Of a DNA stretch of 64,000 nt, positions 1 through 14,479 are shown in pieces (within the stretch, counting starts at the first letter, position 1; each line of letters opens with the position of its first letter). The DNA is from the human T2T-CHM13v2.0 reference genome, Homo sapiens: the NCBI RefSeq assembly GCF_009914755.1, contig NC_060925.1; one strand, given 5' to 3'. The notes under the pieces are model-generated. The model was not told the origin of the DNA. It searched no databases and saw nothing but the letters and a program-made list of their open reading frames with translations. The position numbers were made by a program, and so were the translations under genes.

Positions 1-869
1 AAAAATAGAAAAAGTTTAACCAAACACATAGTTTTTTCTAATTCCAAGAAATGATGCAGGTGCCTCCAGTCCTTCAATAAGCAGTAGCCATAGTCCAAGT
101 TTTCTGTCTGGATGGGATTATAAAATGTTTCTTCTTTTCTCCTTTCCAGAAGACACTCTCACAAATGGATGAGGTGAGTTGGGTCCCTAATTCTATTTAA
201 TTGGAATTCTGCAAGCCCCAAATGAAGCCTGTATCCCCAAGGTGTAAATTAACTTAAATAGACTCTTTCCTTAGACTTGGCACTTCGAAGTAAGTAAAAG
301 CCACAAAAAAAAAATAGTTACCTGGGGATTTTGTTTCTAAACTCTAATCAATTTTGAATTATTAGAATTCCAGCACTGTGGAGAAACTAAACATAAATTT
401 GGGGAAGATAAATACAGTTGACTTACTCTCTAAAAGAAGAAATTATAGAACCAGGGACAAATAGTTTCCCTATTGTAAGTTTCATTCTGAGGAAGAAGCC
501 AATTTCTGCCTCATACGTCTAATCTTGCCTCCAAGATGCAATTGTCCAGGTGCTGCCGTCTCGCTATATAAGCTGAAGACTCTAGCCCACACCTACCCCC
601 TTGCTTCCTCTGAAATGAACATATGTCCAGCACATCTTTATTTCCAATTCCTTGACAAAGTGAAAACTTTTCTATACTTACTATAGATTATAGCTGGGCA
701 CCAGTGAAATCACAAAAGCCTGAAAAGGAGGAATACTCGAAGCAGTGTTCTATAATTTTTAAGGATAAAGATAAAAAACCGGACGAGACCAATATGAGCA
801 ACGGTGTTGCTTTTCCTGAGAAGTCAACATGTAGTATGAAATGCAGAAGTCATGCCCACTATTTAAAAA

Positions 870-1540
870 ACAAAGACAAGGCACAAACTGGGATCAGATA
901 TTTGTAAAACATAAACTAGATTATAGTTTAAAATTTTTATTAAAAATTCTGCAAATCAATAAGAAAAAGAATAAAGCTAGAAATGGGCAAAAGGATGGGC
1001 AGTCATTTCACACAGAAGGGAACTCAACTGGCAAATAAATGTATAGGAAGATGCTCAACCTCACTAGGAATTACAAAAATCCAAACTAAAATCATAATGA
1101 GATGCCACTTTACACCCACTAGATTGGCAAAGTGTCTGAAATACCAAGTGTAGGAAATGATGCACATCAATACAGACTCTCAGATATTCCTGGGAGGAGT
1201 ATAAGTTGGAAAAATCCTCATGGAAAGCAGTTTGGCAGCATCTCAAAGAGTTGCGCATTTCCTATGCCTCAACAATACCACTTCCAGGAGTCTGTGCTAT
1301 AATACTAGAAGATACACCTATGGATAGATGTCTTGAACCAAGAAACATGTAGTCAAATGTTCATAGTAGCACAATTTATAATAGAAAAACTGTGAAAGGG
1401 ACTCATCTATCCAATGATGGAAAAAATTATTAAATAAATACGACACAGTCATAAGATAGTATGTTTTAGAGCTTTAAAAATCAATGACTTTTAGCTACAG
1501 GCCAAAACATAGATGACTCCTAGGAAGACAATGTTGGATT
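870..1540 (+). mobile_element. Ancient L1 (L1ME-like) 3' ORF2/3'UTR fragment; resumes at about 2117-2310
   Basis: Degenerate L1 3'-end motifs: 'agatgctcaacctcactag', 'aatgagatgccactttacacccactagattggcaaa', 'ggaaagcagtttggcagcatct'. Boundaries approximate. Confidence 0.7.
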
Positions 1541-1744
1541 GTCTTATTTGTCAGCCCTTTAAAAATAATAGATTGTATGTCTTTCTCTGGTACTTGCTTG
1601 AAGATGGGAGTTTTGTTTTAGGCTGAGAGAATTTCACTTAAAGTTGGTAATTCAACTTATCCTACCCATGTATTTGAATGGCTTCTGCCAGAGGTTTCTA
1701 GCTGTTTCTGATTGTATGTCATTCAGGTATTCATATATACAATA

Positions 1745-2064
1745 CAGTTGGCGCTCCAAATCTGTGTGCTCCACATCCATGGATTCAACTATGGATCGAA
1801 AATATTCAGAAAAAAATAATGTGTCTGTACTGAGCATGCACAGACATTTTTCTTGTCATTATTCCCTAAACAATACAGCGTAACAACTATTAACATAGTA
1901 TTTGCATTGTATTAGGTATTATAAGTAATCTGGAGATGATTTAAAGTATATGAGAGGATAAGCATAGTAATATGCAAACACATTTTATATCAGGGACTTG
2001 AGCACCCATAGATTTCAGTATCCACAGGGAGTTCGGCAACCAATACTTGCTCATACGGAGGGGT

Positions 2065-2069
<5 letters not shown>
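1745..2069 (+). mobile_element. MER2 non-autonomous DNA transposon (TcMar-Tigger)
   Basis: TA then CAGTTGGCGCTCC ... GGAGGGGTAACTG terminal inverted repeats. Internal 'ttcttgtcattattccctaaacaatacag...gtattaggtattataagtaatctggagatgatttaaagtata' matches the recalled MER2 consensus. Confidence 0.85.

Positions 2070-2116
<47 letters not shown>
2068..2116. repeat. (TG)n microsatellite, about 24 units
   Basis: Perfect TG run directly at the right end of MER2. Confidence 0.98.
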
Positions 2117-2119
<3 letters not shown>

Positions 2120-2409
2120 GTTTTAAAAGCCAAGGCAACAATAAGCACTAAATTTAAGATAATGCTTATCTGTAGGGAAAGATAGGAATATAGAAAAAGA
2201 ATCATAGAAGTAAACACAATGACCTTTGCGATGCCTTAATTGTGAAATTGAATAGTGGCTCATGGGAACCTATTTAATTATTATATTTTATATTTTACAT
2301 ATACATTTATCCAGATAGTCAAGGAAAGAACAAAGTGGGGAGAAAGAGAAGAGAAAGAGAGAAGATGAAGAGAGGGAATGGAGAGGATGGAGGCAAGAGA
2401 AAAGCAGGA

Positions 2410-2560
2410 GCTATGGAGTCAGACATCAACTCTAACAATTAATAAATGTTTGAAGTTAGATAAGTTCTTTAGTATCTCTGAGCCTTATTTTTAAATATCA
2501 AATGTAAATTTCACTGTTGGGATTGAGATGAGTACTAAATGAGATTAATTCAAATAACTA
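2410..2560 (+). mobile_element. MIR SINE fragment
   Basis: 'tggagtcagac', 'tctctgagccttattttt', 'taaatgagattaat' MIR core motifs. Confidence 0.6.
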
Positions 2561-3254
2561 CACACTCCTGTTGTTTGGTTATTTACACGCACACTCCTGT
2601 TTCTCCCTGCCCAACTCCTTTTCTACTTAAAATAAATAAAAATTTGGGGGCGGGGTGGGGGGTCAGGGAAAGGAGAGATGCTGCAGATCATCACTATTAT
2701 CTTCCTTTCGGTCATTTCTGTAGGCAGGACACTGCCCGTGATTACAAAGCAGGTGATGTCAGTGGCTTTCCAGATCCCAGTCCCCTCAGAAACCCAGTGA
2801 CCCTAGGTTCTAGAATACAACACTCCTAACTTTCTTCTTCATGGCTTGAACTGATGCCTAGTGCTTTCAAAGATTAAACATTTTTTTTTTTTTAGCAAGA
2901 CCTAATTAGGAAAATCACAATTAGGTGCAAATATGATTTAATCTTCCCTTGGGGAGGGTAGGTTACTTTCCGAAAAAGTAGTTAGTTAACTAAAATGAAT
3001 CTTTAAGTGGTGAAATGTGAGATGGAAGTATTTTGGAGCACAGTTGCACTCACCACCACCCCTTACCTTTTCTCCCTTGGGGAGAAAAGCAAAACTAATC
3101 AGCTTGCCAGCTGCCAAGGACCCCCACATCACTCTGAAAGTGAAGCTTTAATGGCTCAATAAACACAAACATTCATAAATTCAGCAACATCAAACATCAA
3201 CTGGTAGGGGCTCATGCCTAAACATACTGCCTTAGCACCCAGTTGAGTTTAGCT

Positions 3255-3480
3255 CAGTGGCTTTCAACTGGAGGAGATCTTTACCTCCAGGGAATGGTAG
3301 GTAATTCTGGAGACATTTGTAGTCTCACAACTGGAGAGTAGGGTACACAAATTACTGGCACCTAGTAGGTGAAGGAGACAAGGATGCTTGTTGGAAACAT
3401 CCTACAATGCACAGGACAGACCTAATAACAAACAACTATAAGGTCTCAAAATGTCATATGTGCTGCCTATGAAAAATCTG
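3255..3480 (+). mobile_element. MER20 (hAT-Charlie)
   Basis: 'cagtggctttcaactgg...tctggagacattt...cacaactgg...aaacatcctacaatgcacaggacag...caaaatgtca' follows the MER20 consensus end to end. Confidence 0.85.
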
Positions 3481-4164
3481 GGTTTGCTGTACGTGTGCCA
3501 CATTGAGCTAGCTTTCTTCTGACCTCAGAGTCCCAAACTAGCTGTTTACTATAAAGGAATTTTATGTCATGGGGCTCATTATACCTTAATGCAGGGATTA
3601 TTAAGCCAAAGATCTGTGAACTGGCTTAAGGCAATTCATAAAATCCATGAAATTATATGTAAATTTTGTTCACATGTGCAGTTTTAAAACATGAGTTTAA
3701 AGTTAACTTTTTGGAAGCCTAAAGACTCCCATCTCTTTTAATATTTCCTCCACAAATCTATCCAAGTATCTAAAATTCTCAACAAATCAATGAATTCCTC
3801 TTAAAAGAAAGATTTCATTGTGGATAGAGATTTTTAAAAATGGTGTTTCTACTCAGAACTGGATTGAAAATGCAGCCACACAAACTTTGAGTCTTAGTTT
3901 CTAAATCTATAAAAGAAAATAATTATTCAAATTTGATTACTGCTATTTAGATCACCTCACTACAGCAGGCATTTAGTAAACAGTAGCTTTTGCTGATGTT
4001 TTATTATTAAAAAAAAAAAAGTAGCATGGTTTTCAGGCTTTGCTTGTAGAAGATGGTAGATGGCATAAAATAGAGCTATCCGGTAATATTTTAGGGCATA
4101 TTTATCCTGTATTGGGAAGAAGGAGGAAAAACAGATTTGTGTAAGATTTATAATATGTTTCAAT

Positions 4165-4300
4165 ACCTTATCTTATTCTTACAACAAAATACGAAGTAGA
4201 TGATGTGGACATTCACATGAGAAAAGGCAGGCATGAGCAGTGAAGTAATTCACCAAATAAGTAAGGACTCAAATCCAGATACTCAGATTCTACAGCCTAA
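4165..4300 (-). mobile_element. MIR fragment
   Basis: 'gtgaagtaattcaccaa', 'ggactcaaatccagatactcagattctacagcc'. Confidence 0.5.
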
Positions 4301-4705
4301 TTTCCTTTCAGTTTGCCCTCTAGGAAGAGCAGGCCCCTCAGTATTCAGACACAGCAGAGACATTTGGTATAGCACAGACATTTTGAAGGACTGAACGATA
4401 CCCCCAGAGGACACGCTGCTTTTTTAGGAGGTAATCACTGAATCTGGAAGTTAAGACAGAGATCCTTTTAGAAGGAAAAAAAAATCTCACAGAGAGATGT
4501 TTTTTGAAAACAGGGAGATTGAAAGGTCTGCTTCAACCAATTGCAACTTCTAATTTAAAGTCAAGCCTGGTTGTTCAACAGTAAACCCCACCTCAGCTCA
4601 CTTTCCACTCTCTTCTAGCCCTGAGGCTCCTCTCCTCTTTGTCACTGCCATCTGCTTGTGTTTTGCCTTATTTCTGCTCTCTCAGAGGTACCAAAATAAG
4701 AGTTA

Positions 4706-5030
<325 letters not shown>

Positions 5031-5224
5031 GCTGAGCTGGCCACAGTGAGTATGGCATGTGAGGAAAAGCAGGAACTCAGAGAAATAAGATCTGATGTCT
5101 CTTGATCCTGCCTTTAGATTGCCCAAAGTACTTGCCCAATGTATAGAAAGTTTATTGAATTCACCAAGAAAGATACTTTTAAAAAATAATCTAGAAAGCC
5201 AAGAAAAAGGTTACTGAGATTTTC

Positions 5225-5580
5225 CTTCATTAATTCATATATTTAATCATTTTTTAAATTCAACAAATATTGAGTGTCTCCAACAAGGGCCAGGAATTCT
5301 GCTGACCACAAATGTACATGAAAAAAAATCAATGCCCATCTCAACCCACTTGGAGTGTGGGGGAGATGGACACTAAACAGATAACCCCTGCATAATTATT
5401 ACATACTTAATAATTAATTGTAAGTGTAATAGGATTTATGTAAAGTCCAAATCTACAATAGCATACAAAAGAAACACAATGAACTCCAGGACATCTGCTT
5501 TGATTAGTTTCCTCAAGGAATTTAGCAAAAGAGGGAGTAAAAGAATGTTCCTGGCAGAGAAAACTGTATCTTCAAAGATG
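5225..5580 (-). mobile_element. L2 LINE 3' fragment
   Basis: 'attcaacaaatattgagtgtct' is the reverse complement of the L2 3' terminus. Confidence 0.6.
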
Positions 5581-7669
5581 AAGTGAGAAAAAAAAAAAAG
5601 GCGGTGGGGGATAAAGAAAGATAACTTGTTCCTCAGTTATACTATGTGGAAACATTTATGCTACCCCAGATGTTTTAAGGACTTCAAAGAGTTTCTTAGC
5701 TTTTCCCTCTGATAGAATGCAAAATAAAAAACGAGCCCTTCAACTCTCCATTATCAATAATTTTTTGATTATATGAACCAACATCAGGGTTAAAAGGAAA
5801 ACCACAAGTTAAAAAAAAAAAAAAAAAGTTCAAGGGGGAAATAAAAGCCTTCAGTGGTGAATTAAACATATGAGGCTTTTTTTCTTTTTAAAGCTTCTGT
5901 TTCTACTAATGGGTCATTTTCACCTGCTCCTGTGGGCCCACCTTGCTTACCAGGGGCTGCAGCTGAACAACTGAATGAGCTATCATTGCAGCTTGATCAC
6001 CAGGATGCAGAGGTGACCAAAGGGTCAAAGGAACAGAAGCTGGGCCATTACAGAAATGGGTAATCCTCAAACAGAAAAATCCACTCCCAGATCATTTGGA
6101 GCCAAATGAAGACCTGCTAGGCTCAGGGAATCACCGACTGAGTTGCTGTTTGAAATGTGTTATCCTCAGATACACTGAAAGCCAACCCCACACGGAAACC
6201 TTGTGGTTAGCCATATGTTTGGGACACCTTTGGTGTTTACTAATGCCCTAGGACTGTGAAGCAGAAGATCCACAAGAGAAAACTAGAGCTGTCTGAACAG
6301 AGAATGCAAGGAGATTGGAAGAGAGCCCCTTTTGTTTGTGTGTACGTGATCAAAGCTGGAAGCTTTTCAACAGTGAGTTACTGTGCTGAACACAGAAAAA
6401 CTAAGCCTTTAAAATAAGCCTGTTCAGGTTTCACGGCATATCTTTAGAAATCAGTCTATTCTTAAGAAATTGTGTGGCATTGTTTCATATTTTACTTTTC
6501 CTAGCCAGCTTAGTTTTTTTTTTTAATCATGAAAAGAACTTTATGTAATCATGACAAAAACTGACACAATCACTTTGGATTTGAAAGGATTGATTACAAG
6601 CATTTTTGAAAACACAGATATTCTTTTTTTTTTCCCTCTCTAAAAAGACGTTGAGGGAAACAGAAGACTAAATATGTTTCCTGGACACAAGAAAAGTCTG
6701 ATGAAAGCCATTTTTCATTTTATTTCCATGCTGTGAATGCATATTCAGGCTATTCAAACTACCGCAGCAGTCTGGTTCTCAAGTTAAACCACCAACCACC
6801 AGTCCATAGGGGTGAAAAAACCTATTTTTATGCACTGTGACATTTTTAACTTGTAAAACATTGCAAATGTAGGTGGTAGTTCTCACAGTCTGGTGTATTT
6901 TTGGAGTTTCATAATCCTTCTAGTCAGAGCTCAGGGGCTGCTTTTTTTCAACATTTTGGCATGTCGTGACCTTTTCTCCATAACTGTACATGTTTAAAAA
7001 ATAAATCTTTTTTTCTCATTGCTCTTCCAGTCCTCCTGTTGAAAGGCACTGGAATGGGAAATAGAACACACACATATTCACACTTGATCCTGCCCTGTTC
7101 TCTCCCTTTCTCTTCCTCTTTTTCTTTTTCTTTCCTCCTCCTCTCTCTCCTCCTTTTTATTTCATTATCTCTTATCTGTTCTCCCATGCTTTTCTTCCTC
7201 ACATACATTTCTAAGAATAAACTTGATTTTCAAAACTCTGAAATTATATTTCAAATGAGATTTTTTGTTGTTTCCCCTTATTTATGAGAGTTAATGGTAA
7301 CTTAAATCACATTTGTTTGTGAATTATATTTTCAAAACATGTAAGAGGTGAGTTCAATTTTGGAAATTATGATAATTTAAATAATGCTAATATAACTGGT
7401 TGAAATGTGAGACTCTATTTTTCTACTTTAGAGAACCCAATGATACATGAATTATTTATTTGCTCTGAATTGAACCACAGTTTGAAGGAACTGGCCAAAC
7501 CCACTACTTGATGAAAGAACAACCAACCAAAGGTGTAATTGTAGAATTCCACCTCTACTAACTGTAGAGGCTATGCAGATGAGATATATAGATCTAATAT
7601 AACAATTAAGAAATGAATACCCAATATTTGCTTGAATGGTATTGGTGACTTCCCAAAGTAACTACACTA

Positions 7670-7970
7670 TTACTAGAAAGTTCCTTCTTATATTAAAACC
7701 AGTCTAACTCTCCTATCACTAACCTCTATTGTTCCTGGTTCTGCCTGTTGCAATACAGGGCTACACAAAGCCAGTGTGGACTCTCTCTCCTTACCCTGAA
7801 TGTACACCTTCAATTCTTATTTTTATACTGTCATGTTTCACTACAAAACATCCTCATCTACCCTAATTTCAAGACCCTATACTATTGGGGCAGCCCTCCT
7901 TTAAAAGTTTTCTAGTTTATCAATATTCTACTTGTTACAATGTGACCATCAGGACAGGTTGCTCCAGGCA
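7670..7970 (-). mobile_element. L3/CR1-like fragment; further candidate piece at about 8980-9240
   Basis: 'tagaaagttccttcttatattaaa...ttgttcctggttctgcc' resembles the reverse complement of the L3 3' region. Highly diverged. Confidence 0.45.
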
Positions 7971-10900
7971 CATCTATAATTTGTCACCTGATTTTTTTCA
8001 GTATTGATCAACATTTATTTAGTGAGACAGGGAGAAATATATTGCCAATTAATATAAACTATATTTTTGATATTTGGAAATAATATATATCAATTGTCCC
8101 CTTATCCTCTTCTTTGGGTTCTCCCCAAAATAACCTTCACTTGCCAAAAACAGTGTTGAAATTTCCAAATATGTACTTGTTAGAATGAAAGACAGCATAA
8201 GTTGAATACACAAGAGCATTTTTTTCCAAAATCCCCAATTAGACAAGTCTTCTCTTAGCCTTGCTATACCAGTTCTCCATCAACCTCCCGTGCCCCTACC
8301 CTGGCCACCCTATTATTGAGCTTTTTAGCCATTGGCTCTTTTTTTTTTTTTTTTTTTTTGCTTGATTTTTCATTCCTGTTCTCTACCTCCTAAACTCCTC
8401 TCCCTTTTTTAGTCAAAGCAATTTAATTCTGTCTTGCTTCACTCTCCAACACCCTATACCCCCACCCACTACTCTTTTTAAGAGTGCCAGATGCCATTAG
8501 GATAAAGATGACGATTTTGTGTGTGAGTGTTCAGCAAACAAAAGACCCTATAGTTAGTACAGCACACCAGTCTTAGAAAGCAATGGAAGATTATAAATGA
8601 CTTTTTCCTTTCACATGTCCAGATTCCAAATAAGAGATTTCTTAAATGCTCTGGAGCTGGATCATTTTCCTATTTTGACAGTTATGTTAGCAGTTACTGG
8701 AGCAAACCAAAGTTAACTAGAACCATATTTCTCACTATTTCCAAAGAATGGATTTTTAACACCTTTCACAGACTGGCTGTCCAGGAAGTGGCCAGTCTGG
8801 TGTATGTTGCTTTCAGCAATGACAACATAAAACAGTTAAAGTGATGCAATCTGATCACTGAAGAAAACAATAGAATTTTGTGACTCTACAATTGGCTATA
8901 ATATTCCAATAACTAAATAGTTGTTGGATTCGTTTTATTCCTTTGTAGCTCACTCAATATTTTAGTGTTAATTGCTAACGTCATTATGCTGCACTCTGAA
9001 ACTAATATTTTTAAACTCAAATACCCAATTACTTACATTTATACTTACCATATTTCATCTTGGTTTGGAACTTAAATTCCAACCTATAGAGGTAAACATT
9101 TCATCTCAGTTCAGAAACATTAAATGTAGTTGTTTCCTGTCCCAACTTCAGTTTATCACAATTTTAGCAAGCAGCTTTCAATTACAGCAGCTTATAAAGT
9201 TCTTATATTATGAGAGACTGATTTTCTCTTAATGTTCCCCAGGACAGAACAAAGCATCATCTGCCACAACTAAGCCCACTATCCAGTGTCACACCCATCT
9301 ACTAATAAAGAAGTGCAGATATTCTAAAGTACAGAAAATGATACTTGTAGATATCAGTAGATGCAAAACTTTCATTTTTTTATTTGTAAAACCCGAAAAT
9401 AGAATCATTTATCTCTTTACACATCCTCAGAGCTTTATACACTGTATTAAAATTTTGTATTCAGTACACCTCAAAATCCTCAAGAAGAGGAAGCAAATTA
9501 CAATAAACAAAGCTCATGTGCCAAGTATAATTCTTACTCTGTTTCAAAGACTTTTTGAACAAGCGGAATATGATTCAGGGAACTCTGCATCTGAATTTTC
9601 ACATATTCATCATGACACTAAAGAAGGTTGGAACAAACTAGAAATAGTGTCTTTCAAACCAAACCTGTGGTTCACTATCCATTCCTGCCAAAAAGCAGTA
9701 AGTTTTTCCAAAAAGATTTCTCAGTGTTATCAAATAAGAGATGGGATTATTTAAAGATGAAGACATCAGAAGAAACTATATGAAGTTAGCTCATAAATAT
9801 CTCCTTACCTTCCTCAGGCTAGTATAGACTCAGAAATGAGTTTATCAGCAGAATGAAAAAATTTGCCCAAAAGTGTACTTGGGAATCAATGATAACACCA
9901 CTGATGTACTTTGTGTATTGAAAGATCGCTTTTAAAATAAAGTCAAGTAATATTTACTTTTCAGTTTGTATGGTTAATTAATTTGGTCTTTTTATGAGGT
10001 GATCAGTGTGTTTTTAATAATATTTAAATTTCTATAAATTGTATCTACTAAAATTGCTTTAAATGAGAACACATTATATAATATCCATTGTTTTACTTTA
10101 TATTTTAGTGTGCTCACTTTTTACATTAAAATGTTTTAAATGTCTTTCAATATTTTAAAATAAACATTGAAGGCCTTATTTTTTAATACTATGTAAAATA
10201 AATACCTAATTACCAGTATTGCCATTTTGCTAGGCTCTTGTAATCACTAGAATATGGGGTATTTTGTTTTTTCTAGCAGCTGCCTATCCACTAAAATATG
10301 TTATCATTCAAGTCACAGGTCACTATTATTAAATTCAACATAAATGCTGTAAACTTTTTTTTCCAGTACTTGGAAACATTGTTCACATTTTCTTGATTTT
10401 TTGAAAGTGATCTCACCACGAAAGTTAAATGAAGATTTATTAGTTCCTAATGAGCATTATATAATTTCCTTACAAAATGTAATAATTAACTTTACATGAA
10501 AATGATGATCAACTTCCCTGGATACCAAAAGAGTAAAATGCCATTTTAAGGCATTAGTTTGGCAAATATTTAACATGTGGATAATATCTACTGTTGGCCA
10601 CCAGAGAGGGAATGTCACTGTCTCTTTTGATGCTGTTTTTTTTATTACGCATTACAATTAAGTGTGTGTAATCTTTGACCCAACATGATTATTTCAGGAA
10701 ATATATCAGAAATACTAACACAGATTTTCTAGGACAGACGTATAAGTCAGTTTCCTGCAGTGTCATTGGGAGCAACTTATTAAACCATGTCAATTCATGC
10801 TACAGAATGGGCCTCACTCATTCACAGGGAAAAGGGGGATACACACAGTCATCTTATGTTATAAACAGAACAACCCAACACATTCTTCTTCTTGAGAACA

Positions 10901-11556
10901 ATCCTCCCTCCTGGTATTTTGTTTATTTCTCTCCAAGTATGTTCTGGAGTGTAGGAAGTATAAGAGAAGTATAGAATCTTCAGTTGAATCTGAATGCACG
11001 TACTCCTGGGAGCTTAGAAGTTTACAGAGGGTTTCTGCTACTACCCTTAAATGATCGAGGACAGAGGGTATACCTGTTTTACCTATGCTGCATCTGGCAT
11101 CATTTGCCATTCTCCAACATAAAAGCACACGAAATCTCCAATAATATTTAAAGAGTTCTTTAGTAACAAGATTTAACTGATTTCATAAAAGTTGAACATA
11201 TTCAAGAAAAGGGGGGAAATTAGACTCTGTTCTTATGCTAACTACTGTTTCTTTTCACTACCTAATGAGCAAGTCTTCACAATCCAGGTCTTCTAGAAGT
11301 TTCTTAAGTGGATAGTTGCCAGGTTTTTGGAGGGTATCTCATATAGACCTTCTTTATTTTTTAATTTCCCCCTCTACCCCATTTAGTTCCATAACCCAAT
11401 CTCAATAACCCATTGCTTGCTGTGAGAAAGCAGTCACCAACAGAAATTTTCTAGCCCATAAAGATGCTAATTTTGTGCTATAAAAAAAATAAGGAAACAA
11501 ATATAGCGATGTTTGAAGATTAATCTTTTTCACAATATGAACTTAATAAGGAATGA

Positions 11557-12004
<448 letters not shown>

Positions 12005-13379
12005 TAGCCTTATTTTTTTACACTTAGACTACATGTTCATATTTATTATTTCTTGCTTTACATATTGTAAAGTACCAATATCCCTATCAAAATCCCTATC
12101 AAAAGAAAGAAAGATAAAACAGTATGATCCTATGACTCATGAGAAAAAAACCTGAGGAAAAGATTTTTCAGATACCTAGATGGCTTCATTTGTATTATAT
12201 GCCAGCCACCATCTTCACCTTCCTCCATGGACATTTGAGTTCATAAACCTTGCTTCAGGTAAGAGGGTCCCTCCTCTTTCCTTTTTCTCATGCCTATCAA
12301 GAAAAATAATCAAATTCTGGTTCCCATAATTCCTTTCTAGTATCCTGCAAATTTTAGAGCCTCAGGGAAATGTTTCTGTTCTGAATAAATTATATTCTAC
12401 AATGTCCAGTTTGACGGCTGTTCTTCCAGGAGAATGTGAAAGCAAAATAGAAAATCTACCTTTAGGCTAAAAATAGCATCACCTCTGCCCCAACAAGTCA
12501 ACCTCTTCTTTTGTTGTGGTTCTATATATAGTTTTTCAAAGACCTCCTTTTAATCCTTGGAGTTTCCTCTGAGCAGCCATTAATGCAGAAATTTATCATT
12601 ATGATCACACTTATTATAAGGTATCTTACAGATATCATCACCCTTTCATCAGATCACATGCCCAACTCTACCTCTTCTCTAGCTGTTTCAAAAATAAAAA
12701 GGCAAACACATCCTTTATTCTTAGTCATATTATCTAAAACATCTTACCTGTAATAAGTGGAAGAGAAAATAATTTCTATGCCTCTCTGAAATACCAATAA
12801 TTACTCAAGTTTGAGATGAAAACAACTTGCATTTATTTTTTACAAGCTTCCTCTTTTAAAATTATTTAATGTGCCACTGAAATAATAGCCATGGAGTCTG
12901 GGGGACTTGTCGTCTTCTGGCTGATGTGTTCATTGACAATGTTGAGGGTACCGGAATGCTTCAGGGAAATAAATACTTTCAAAACAGCCTCTCTTTAATA
13001 TCTGTTTCAAGGGAGAAAGGGACATTGGTGATGCTGAGACGAGGAGATTTTTATTTCCATAATTTAGTTTGAGTGTCTCAAAGCAGTTAGTTTGATTTTT
13101 CTTACATTGCGGACCACAGGTGTTTCCCATTAAGACAAGCAAGCTGACTTTAACGGAATCCAGCAGAGCAGTGGGCACAGAATGCCTTCTGTGAACTGCC
13201 AATAATTATTTGTCCTGGCTTTGTTTTTGGAGATTCTACTTAAATTGGTTCAAAAGCTGGTAATCTGTTTCATCCCTAAAGATTAACCCCCTAAAAAAAA
13301 AAATAAGTTTGCTTCCAGGTAATTGGACTGAATGAAAGAGCTCTCTTAATATCGCTGTTAAATTAAAGAATGATTTTTA

Positions 13380-13649
<270 letters not shown>

Positions 13650-14194
13650 CTAATAAAATAGCTTCATCAATTATCTCAGTCTTTTCAGCAGACAATGGGA
13701 TGAGTAATACATCTAAACTGGCTAGCACCTAAATGCTTATATTGTAAAACATGCTGACTGCTGTGTCTGCTCTGGAATACGAATTTAAACTTAAGGCATC
13801 ATTTACAAACTTATTGTAATTTGCAGTCATGTGAACCAAGATGTACTTTTTAAAACCTGCATCTCAGAAATCCAGTGGTCCTCATGTGATCATAGTCTCT
13901 TCTCAAAGAATAGACAAATGGACACACTTCAACATTCATTGTGGGTATGGTCAGCCAATGCCAGGTGGATTACAATACACAACAAAGTATTTTATTCTAG
14001 CCCACCTCACCCTTTCTTCTTTAAATTACATTGCTTGGCTTCTTCTATAATGAGCTTGGGTGAACTTTCCCTCTTTAAACATAAAGTAAATCTGTACTCA
14101 TTAGCTATCTCAGAAAAGAGAGCAGATCTAACATACTAACAGACAATCTGGCTAGTGTAACTTATCAAATTAGCTGTTGGAAGATAGACATTTT

Positions 14195-14390
14195 ATTATT
14201 TATTTATGTATTTGTTTGTTTATTTGTTTGTTTTTATTTTTTGAGATGGAGTTTCGCTCTGTTGCCCAGGCTGGGGTGCAGTGGCGCAGTCTCGGCTCAC
14301 CGCAACCCCCACCTCCCAGGTTTGAGCAATTCTCCTGTCTGAGCCTCTGGAATTGCTGGGACTACAGGAGTGTGCCACCATGCCCGGCTA
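14195..14390 (-). mobile_element. Alu right monomer only, with TSD
   Basis: TTTA/TTTG tail, then right-arm sequence ending 'ccatgcccggcta'. Flanking direct repeats aagatagacatttt (14181-14194) and aggatagccatttt (14391-14404). Confidence 0.88.
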
Positions 14391-14479
14391 AGGATAGCCA
14401 TTTTAAATTTTAGGTCTTGAAGAGTCTGATGAAGACATCAGAATGAGATAATTTATTATAAAATTACATTATTACATTA

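Noticed and set aside
1941-2217. HTHTHT ORFs; also ERERER/SLSLSL ORFs at 52290-52739 and the low-complexity ORFs at 6948-7287 and 22198-22578
   Set aside because: Microsatellite or low-complexity translations without stop codons.
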